DNA from: Eledone cirrhosa
Taxonomy: Eukaryota
NCBI GenBank assembly: GCA_964016885.1
Contig: OZ024749.1
Span: 9,362,001-9,426,000 of the forward strand
DNA: 64,000 nt
Direction of reading: 5' to 3'
Below, piece after piece: positions 55,470-64,000 of the stretch. A model generated the notes under the pieces. That model saw nothing but the letters and a program-made list of their open reading frames with translations. It was not told where the DNA came from and searched no databases. Both the position numbers and the translations under genes were made by a program. Every line of letters begins with the position of its first letter. Positions within the stretch are counted from its first letter, which is position 1.

Positions 55470-56185
55470 AAGTTCTTAGTTCTTAGGTTCCTCTGTACCT
55501 TTCGGTGCATCGAACAGTAAGTAGTCGCCATTGATTACGATCAGCAGTGGCTTTTTCGCATCTGTGCCAATTGATGTTGGTTGCAATCAGGTCTTTTCAG
55601 AACATTCGTTGCCAGGTGATCCTGGTGCAGCCCTGTCTCCGTTTGCCAGGTGGAGTCCAGTTCATCGCTGTTTTCAAGTGTCATTCATAGGGCAAGGTGC
55701 AGAATATGGCCAGCCAGGCTGCACCGGTGCTCCATGATAATCTTTTGCAGCATCTACAACTTGGCTCTCCACAGGATTTCCTTGTTTGGCACTCAGTCAC
55801 ACCAGGACACATGAAGGATCATTCACCGGCACCGCTGGTGGAATCTGTTATGCCGTCTCTCTATCTTTGCCTTGCTTTTCCAGGTTTTGTTTGCATAAAA
55901 TGCTGTCGGTAGCACGATGCTCTTGTACAGGAGCATCTTGGTGCTGATGCATGAAAACGACCAGACTGGGTGCATCTGATGGAAAACTGCAGCTCCTTTG
56001 CTGCTCTGACAGTTGATGTAGAGCTCCGCGTCACCATTGTTTGTTAGGATGCTGCCCAGATAGGTGAAGTGATCGACTTCTTCCAGGTCTTGTTGGTTGA
56101 CTCTGATTGCTGGAACATAAGAGAAGGGATTATTTAAAATATTGTCTGGGTGTTCACCTGGTGGGACCATGTATTTTGTTTTCTA
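55470..56185 (-). mobile_element. RTE-clade LINE 3' fragment
   Basis: ORF 55823-56170: EEVDHFTYLGS...LLYKSIVLPT...RFHQRC; (CTAAGAA)n-like tail near 55470. Confidence 0.82.
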
Positions 56186-57074
56186 GGGAGAGGATCTCAC
56201 CTTCCTACATATGCTTGTTATTCCAAGCTGGAGCTCACAGAGAAATTTTGGCAAACTAGACTGCTTTCTGACCCCAATTCTAAAAATTCAAGGTGACTGA
56301 GAGGTTTTTTTGTGCGGGGTAAGGGGTATGACAGATATTCACAGGAGGTGGGTAGCGCTATTTCTTCAGGTTCCAGACTATTATACTAACTGAACCTCCT
56401 TCCTTTTAAAAACCCAGCTGTCAATCACTTTGCCACAGTCTTTCAAATCAAAAGTGCTGATTTTGTTGCATATCAAAATTATCATAATCAAAAAATAGAT
56501 TTGAATGTGCAAAGAATTTTAGATTTAGTTTTAGATTAAAATACTGTTAGATGGATAGGTTTACATGACATTAGTTTTTTAATGGAGATCTAGTTTAGCT
56601 TTTATATGTTTATTTATTTTTTTATTTTAAACAATATGAAAATTTGTCTTGAAATAGAATAATCAATTTTTACTACATTAATCTTTAGCAGCTAATTTGA
56701 ACTTCAGAGCTCTGTGGAAACTATTTATGTCTGGCTCTATATTTTACAAACAAAATGTTGAACTGCCATGTCTGAATATAACTTGGGTTTGTTTTTAAAT
56801 CCATTCAAATATTTGGCCTCTCATGAACGCATTTCTAATGAAATACACTCTATTTTAATTATTAATGAAGAATTTTGAGGGATTTACTAAAATTATTAAT
56901 TATTTCATTACTAAGATAGTTACTTAATGTAAGGTTCTTATATAAAATTGTTGGAAGATTTCAATTTAAATTGGAAACCTTTAAAATGGATGGTTTTATT
57001 TCATAGAACCAGAACTGGTTTTGGCTGGATGAACAAACATCCTGAAACCACCATGGATTTATGATACACAACTA

Positions 57075-57456
57075 GAAATGAAGCAAGCATGCTCCGATGA
57101 ATGTGCAATGTCAATGTGCATAAATGACCAAATATGGACGAGTGGAGAGAGAAACTATGTATCAGAGGAATAAACTGTAGTGTGCAGGAGAGACAACTGT
57201 GTTGGCATGGTCATGTGATGAACATGGATGATGACCACTGAGTGAAGAAGTGCCAAGTAATCCCAGTGGAAGGAAGACACAGTAGAGGAAGACCACGGAA
57301 AATATGGGCAGAGGTGGTGAGAGCTGACCTCAGATCACAGAAGTTCACAGAGCAGATGATGAAGGACCATGACAAATGGAAAGATGCTGTGTTGAAGAGA
57401 ACCCATCCCACCTTTGTAAGCAAGGAAAAGCGGACATAAAAAGATGATGATGATGA
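57075..57456 (+). mobile_element. RTE-clade LINE 3' fragment
   Basis: WHGHVMNM...GRPRKIW...KRTHPT plus (GAT)n tail. Confidence 0.85.
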
Positions 57457-57702
57457 ACTACTCATTTTAAAATGTTTATCTTTATATTAAAACCTTCCGT
57501 CATAATTTTAGCTTTAAAAATGTCTCTTAAGTGATATTCTAAATATCAAATTACTAATAAAAAAAAACTCTATTTCATTAAATTCCTCGAAATGTCAGGT
57601 TATTTTCAAATTTAATTGAACCACATAGTCAGTGTATTTCATTAGAAATACGATATGAGGAAGGGCAAAGACTTTGACCCTTTTCAGGGTTTCCATGACT
57701 CA

Positions 57703-57870
57703 CAGTGGTAGGGAACAGGAGGGAAGGGCAGTGTCTACGACCCTTATTTAGTCTTCCTGGCTAGTGGTGGTGGTGTGAACAGATGGGAAAGGGCAGTGTC
57801 CATGACCCTTATTTAGTCTTCCTGGCTGGTGGTGGTGGTGCGATCAGAGGGGAAAGGGCAATGTCCATGA
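57703..57870. repeat. 2.5 copies of a ~66-bp repeat
   Basis: ggaagggcagtgtcyaygacccttatttagtcttcctggct recurs. Confidence 0.8.
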
Positions 57871-57879
57871 TCTGTTTAT

Positions 57880-58430
57880 AGTAGTTGTAATAGATGTTTA
57901 ACATAATTAGTTACGATACATCCTAGCACTAATAGATGGTTAAGAGCAGTTACGATACATCCTAGCAGTAATAGATGGTTAAGAGTAGTTATGATACATC
58001 ATAGCAGTAATAGATGGTTAACAGTAGTTATGATGCATCATAGCATTAGTAATAGATGGTTAACAGTAGTTATGATACATCATAGCAATAGTAATAGGTA
58101 CTTAACAGTAGTTATGATACATCATAGCATCAGTAATAGATGGTTAACAGTAGTTATGATGCATCATAGCATTAGTAATAGATGGTTAACAGTAGTTATG
58201 ATGCATCATAAAATTAGTAATAGATGGTTAACAGTAGTTATGATGCATCATAGCATTAGTAATAGATGGTTAACATTAGTTATGAGTAATAGTTGGTTAA
58301 CAGTAGTTATGATACATCATAAAATTAGTAATAGATGGTTAACAGTAGTTATGATGCATCATAGCAGTAATGGATGTTAAACAACAACTGTTATATCATA
58401 GCAATAAAGACATGTTCGACAACAGTAGTA
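57880..58430 (+). repeat. Degenerate 39-45 bp minisatellite (AGTAATAGATGGTTAACAGTAGTTATGATRCATCATAGC)
   Basis: About 12 copies; related to the reverse complement of the 45-bp array at 60388-63210. Confidence 0.88.
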
Positions 58431-58888
58431 ATAGTAGATCATAGTTCTAACTAAGATGCAGCACTGGACATTAAATTGCTATAAAATGTCACTTAGTTGA
58501 ACCACATCTTGTATCTTAGTTGATTCCAAGAGTCACCCTAGCCGCAGGGCACACATGTTACAGACAATAAAATAGTTGCTTATATCATATTAACTTTAAC
58601 TGTTACTAAAATATTACTTAACATGGGCTAAACTTTTACATTTAAAAAGCATTTATGTAATCATAGAAAATGTATCCACATTTACAGAATTTTATATTCT
58701 GGTATATACACAGGAGACAAGAAAATGGATGAAATACATACTACTGTTATTTTAGATGTATATTGATTAAATAGACAATTTCTCAAACTACATAACTTAG
58801 TATTATGTATATCATCATCATCACTATTTAACGTCTATTTTATATATATACATCTGTGTGTGTGTGTGTATGTATATATCTACATCTA

Positions 58889-58922
<34 letters not shown>

Positions 58923-59163
58923 ATATATATATGTATATATATGTATATATATATATATATATATACACTTCTAAATGTCTGCCTACACTATAATATTCCC
59001 AGTGTTAGCAGTTGGAGATTTAAACAAATACATATATAATGAAATATTTAATAGCATGTTAACTGAACTTTTCTGATGTTTTATTTATTTTATGAAATTA
59101 TAATTCAGAGTTATGTCTTCTGTGTTTCAGTTGTTCTTTTTACTTTTTCATTTCAATAATATA

Positions 59164-59910
59164 TAATTGTTTCTACTTTTGGCACAAGACCACCAATTAC
59201 CCAGTATATTACTGGTACTTTATTTTATCGAACCCGTAAGGATGAAAGGCAAAGTTAACCTCGGCGGGATTGAAAATATGAAATAATGATTTCTACTATA
59301 GGCACAAGGCCAGCAATTTGGGGATAAGTCGATTATATCAACCCCAGGGCATTACTGGTGCTCTATTTTATTGACCCCGTAAGGATGAAAAGCAAAGCTA
59401 ACCTCAGCGGGATTTGAAATCAGAATGTAAAGGGCCGTAACTCTATGCCGTGAAGCAGGGTGTCCGAAGCTCTATGGATTCTACGATTCCACCACCCTAA
59501 AATATGAAATAATAATTGTTTCTACTTTAGGCACAAGGCCAGCAATTACCCAGTACATTACTGGTACTTTATTTTATCGACCCCGTAAGGATGAAAGGCA
59601 AAGTTAACCTAGGCGGGATTTGAACTCAGACTGTAAAGGGACGTAACTATGCTAGAAAGCATGGCGTCCAACCCTCTACTGATACTGCCAATAATGACTT
59701 CTACTATTGGCACAAGACCAATAATTTTGGGATAAGTCGATTATATCAACCCAGGGCATTACTGGTGCTCTATTTTATTGACCCCCGTAAGGATGAAAAG
59801 CAAAGCTAACCTCAGCGGGATTTGAACTCAGAATGTAAAGGGCCATAACTCTATGCCGCGAAGCAAGGTGTCCGACGCTCTACTGATTCTGCGGTTCCAC
59901 CACCCTAAAA
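59164..59910 (-). mobile_element. Four SINE family 1 copies in an A-B-A-B arrangement
   Basis: Approx. 59164-59275, 59282-59498, 59511-59690, 59691-59907; B copies carry the extra gggataagtcgattatatcaacccc segment. Confidence 0.85.
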
Positions 59911-60387
59911 TATAAATAATAATATAAAATGGTACATATGCATTTCTTCTGGTTTCGTAAGAGGTTGAGGATTCTTTTGGGTGAGTTGTTGGCCCTCCAC
60001 AGAATAGTCACGTGATGGGGTTGCCATCTTGGTGGCGAGCCAACACGCTGCAGGTCACCATTGGTCTGGAACCTCTCCAAGAGACCAGCTCTCCTAGGGT
60101 GGCCCTACCAGGAGCTCCAGACAGCTCTTAGATTTACAAAACATACAAGACCCTTTGCCGCCATGACAAGACTCTACACGTGATAATGCCTCCAGGATCG
60201 CCGACCAAGGATGACCCTAGTCCCATTGAGCAAGAACAAAGAAGAAGGAGGAGGAGGGCGATGGGGAGCGGGAGGAGAGAACATATGCATTGGTGTCTCT
60301 TTAACCCTTTTCATACCAACATGCCTGCAAACACAGCTGACTCTATGATATAAAACTATCGTTAATATTGCTATGATGTACCATTCC

Positions 60388-63210
60388 TACTGTCATTAAA
60401 CATCTATTACTACTGCTATAATTTATCATAACTACTGACATTAAACATCTATTACTACTGCTATAATTTATCATAACTACTGACATTAAACATCTATTAC
60501 TACTGCTATAATTTATCATAACTACTGTCATTAAACATCTATTACTACTGCTATAATTTATCATAACTACTGACATTAAACATCTATTACTACTGCTATA
60601 ATTTATCATAACTACTGACATTAAACATCTATTACTACTGCTATAATTTATCATAACTACTGTCATTAAACATCTATTACTACTGCTATAATTTATCATA
60701 ACTACTGACATTAAACATCTATTACTACTGCTATAATTTATCATAACTACTGTCATTAAACATCTATTACTACTGCTATAATTTATCATAACTACTGTCA
60801 TTAAACATCTATTACTACTGCTATAATTTGTCATAACTACTGACATTAAACATCTATTACTACTGCTATAATTTATCATAACTACTGACATTAAACATCT
60901 ATTACTACTGCTATAATTTGTCATAACTACTGACATTAAACATCTATTACTACTGCTATAATTTGTCATAACTACTGTCATTAAACATCTATTACTACTG
61001 CTATAATTTATCATAACTACTGTCATTAAACATCTATTACTACTGCTATAATTTATCATAACTACTGACATTAAACATCTATTACTACTGCTATAATTTA
61101 TCATAACTACTGTCATTAAACATCTATTACTACTGCTATAATTTATCAGAACTACTGACATTAAACATCTATTACTACTGCTATAATTTATCATAACTAC
61201 TGTCATTAAACATCTATTACTACTGCTATAATTTATCAGAACTACTGACATTAAACATCTATTACTACTGCTATAATTTATCATAACTACTGTCATTAAA
61301 CATCTATTACTACTGCTATAATTTATCATAACTACTGTCATTAAACATCTATTACTACTGCTATAATTTATCATAACTACTGTCATTAAACATCTATTAC
61401 TACTGCTATAATTTATCATAACTACTGACATTAAACATCTATTACTTCGGCTATAATTTATCATAACTACTGACATTAAACATCTATTACTACTGCTATA
61501 ATTTATCATAACTACTGACATTAAACATCTATTACTACTGCTATAATTTATCATAACTACTGTCATTAAACATCTATTACTACTGCTATAATTTATCAGA
61601 ACTACTGACATTAAACATCTATTACTACTGCTATAATTTATCATAACTACTGACATTAAACATCTATTACTACTGCTATAATTTGTCATAACTACTGACA
61701 TTAAACATCTATTACTACTGCTATATTTTGTCATAACTACTGTCATTAAACATCTATTACTACTGCTATAATTTGTCATAACTACTGACATTAAACATCT
61801 ATTACTACTGCTATAATTTATCATAACTACTGTCATTAAACATCTATTACTACTGCTATAATTTATCATAACTACTGTCATTAAACATCTATTACTACTG
61901 CTATAATTTATCATAACTACTGACATTAAACATCTATTACTACTGCTATAATTTATCATAACTACTGACATTAAACATCTATTACTACTGTTATAATTTA
62001 TCATAACTACTGTCATTAAACATCTATTACTACTGCTATAATTTATCATAACTACTGACATTAAACATCTATTACTACTGCTATAATTTATCATAACTAC
62101 TGACATTAAACATCTATTACTACTGCTATAATTTATCATAACTACTGACATTAAACATCTATTACTACTGCTATAATTTATCATAACTACTGTCATTAAA
62201 CATCTATTACTACTGCTATAATTTATCAGAACTACTGACATTAAACATCTATTACTACTGCTATAATTTATCATTACTGTCATTAAACATCTATTACTAC
62301 TGCTATAATTTATCATAACTACTGACATTAAACATCTATTACTACTGCTATAATTTATCATAACTACTGACATTAAACATCTATTACTACTGCTATAATT
62401 TATCATAACTACTGACATTAAACATCTATTACTACTGTTATAATTTATCATAACTACTGTCATTAAACATCTATTACTACTGCTATAATTTATCATAACT
62501 ACTGTCATTAAACATCTATTACTACTGCTATAATTTATCATAACTACTGACATTAAACATCTATTACTACTGCTATAATTTATCATAACTACTGACATTA
62601 AACATCTATTACTACTGTTATAATTTATCATAACTACTGTCATTAAACATCTATTACTACTGCTATAATTTATCATAACTACTGTCATTAAACATCTATT
62701 ACTACTGCTATAATTTATCATAACTACTGACATTAAACATCTATTACTACTGCTATAATTTATCATAACTACTGACATTAAACATCTATTACTACTGCTA
62801 TAATTTATCATAACTACTGTCATTAAACATCTATTACTACTGCTATAATTTATCATAACTACTGTCATTAAACATCTATTACTACTGCTATAATTTATCA
62901 TAACTACTGACATTAAACATCTATTACTACTGCTATAATTTATCATAACTACTGACATTAAACATCTATTACTACTGCTATAATTTATCATAACTACTGA
63001 CATTAAACATCTATTACTACTGCTATAATTTATCATAACTACTGTCATTAAACATCTATTACTACTGCTATAATTTATCATAACTACTGTCATTAAACAT
63101 CTATTACTACTGCTATAATTTATCATAACTACTGACATTAAACATCTATTACTACTGCTATAATTTATCAAAACTACTGTTGTTAAACATATATTACTAT
63201 TGCTATGATG
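60388..63210. repeat. 45-bp minisatellite, ~62 copies (CATTAAACATCTATTACTACTGCTATAATTTATCATAACTACTGW)
   Basis: Direct inspection; one 42-bp unit near 62270. Confidence 0.98.
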
Positions 63211-63384
63211 TAGCCCTCATAGTAGCCATGTGCAACTTCTTTTTCCATCTCTAAGGATCTTTACCCTATTTTGTAAGCTATTTATAGCAACTGACTGCAC
63301 TTACAGTTATTTTTTGTGCTTGCACATATTACATTTACTATAATATTTATAAAACTGTTTATTCTAAAGAGTATATCATCATTC

Positions 63385-63575
63385 TCATCAACATTTCCAT
63401 TTAGTGTCAATTATTCCATGCTTGCATGGGTTAGATGGGTCGTCCATGCTGGGAGGCAAGTCTGGCCATGGTTGGCCATGACACACCCTGCTCTGGCGAG
63501 AACTATAAATTTGACCAGGTATTTTACAGCTGGATGCTCTTCCTAACACCAACCACATTTACAATGTGGGACTGG
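63385..63575 (-). mobile_element. Old SINE family 2-related 3' part
   Basis: ttccatgcttgcatgggttagatggg...acagctggatgctcttcctaacaccaaccacatttaca. Confidence 0.7.
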
Positions 63576-63801
63576 ATGGCTCCGTCATGAGGAGGGACAG
63601 GCCTGTTGGCCATGCAGAACCCCTCTCACAATGGAACCAGTTTCGGAGCATGACCCATCTCACAGCGGAGCCATAGTTTTGGAGCCTGGTACTGGAAGGC
63701 ACCGATACAAGGAGCCTGACCCATCTCACAGCATAGCCACCGGTTTTGGGGCTCGGTATAATTTTACATAAGAACCTTTAAGTTGTTTCAAACACCACCT
63801 T

Positions 63802-63997
63802 AATAATTGTTTCTACTTTTGGCACAAGGCCAGCAAATTACCCAGTGCATTACTGGTACTTTATTTTTATCGACCCCGTAAGGATGAAAGGCAAAGTTGA
63901 CCTCGGCAGGATTTGAACTCAGAATGGAAAGGGCCGTAACTCTATGCATCAAAGCATGACGTCCGACCCTCTACCGATGCTGCCAATCCACCGCCTT
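63802..63997 (-). mobile_element. SINE family 1 copy
   Basis: Consensus match. Confidence 0.9.
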
Positions 63998-64000
63998 AAT

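Noticed and set aside
59940-60290. Possible RTE 5' UTR fragment
   Set aside because: Only vague motif resemblance and no protein evidence.
60343-63171. 942-aa ORF of MINYSSSNRCLMSVV repeats
   Set aside because: A 45-bp unit is divisible by 3 and lacks a stop in this frame; copies are near-identical and there is no unique coding sequence or splice signal. Treated as an artefact, although the single indel is in-frame.

Overview
AT-rich eukaryotic (animal) DNA, not prokaryotic. The (TA)n tracts, Nin/Deu-domain-like SINEs and RTE-tailed SINEs suggest a cephalopod such as Octopus (inference). The window appears to be almost entirely intron of a + strand host gene. Two short, phase-compatible coding exons (603-679 and 42827-42901) are about 42 kb apart and encode a coiled-coil-like peptide I cannot name. 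The rest is mobile elements and tandem repeats: two Penelope-like elements (PLEs) with RT and GIY-YIG remnants, several short non-coding PLE derivatives built from inverted pseudo-LTRs, RTE and CR1-type LINE fragments, many SINEs, a Tigger/pogo remnant, a non-autonomous Helitron, and three large minisatellites (38/39, 62 and 45 bp units), two with higher-order periodicity. The most notable signal is a dense set of type I hammerhead ribozyme (HHR) motifs: seven complete or near-complete ones and several partial ones between 4.4 and 31 kb. They include short (TA)n-embedded non-coding elements carrying a hammerhead on each strand. Nearly all other ORFs in the supplied track are microsatellite or minisatellite artefacts. 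All folds and alignments were read by eye, and element boundaries are approximate.
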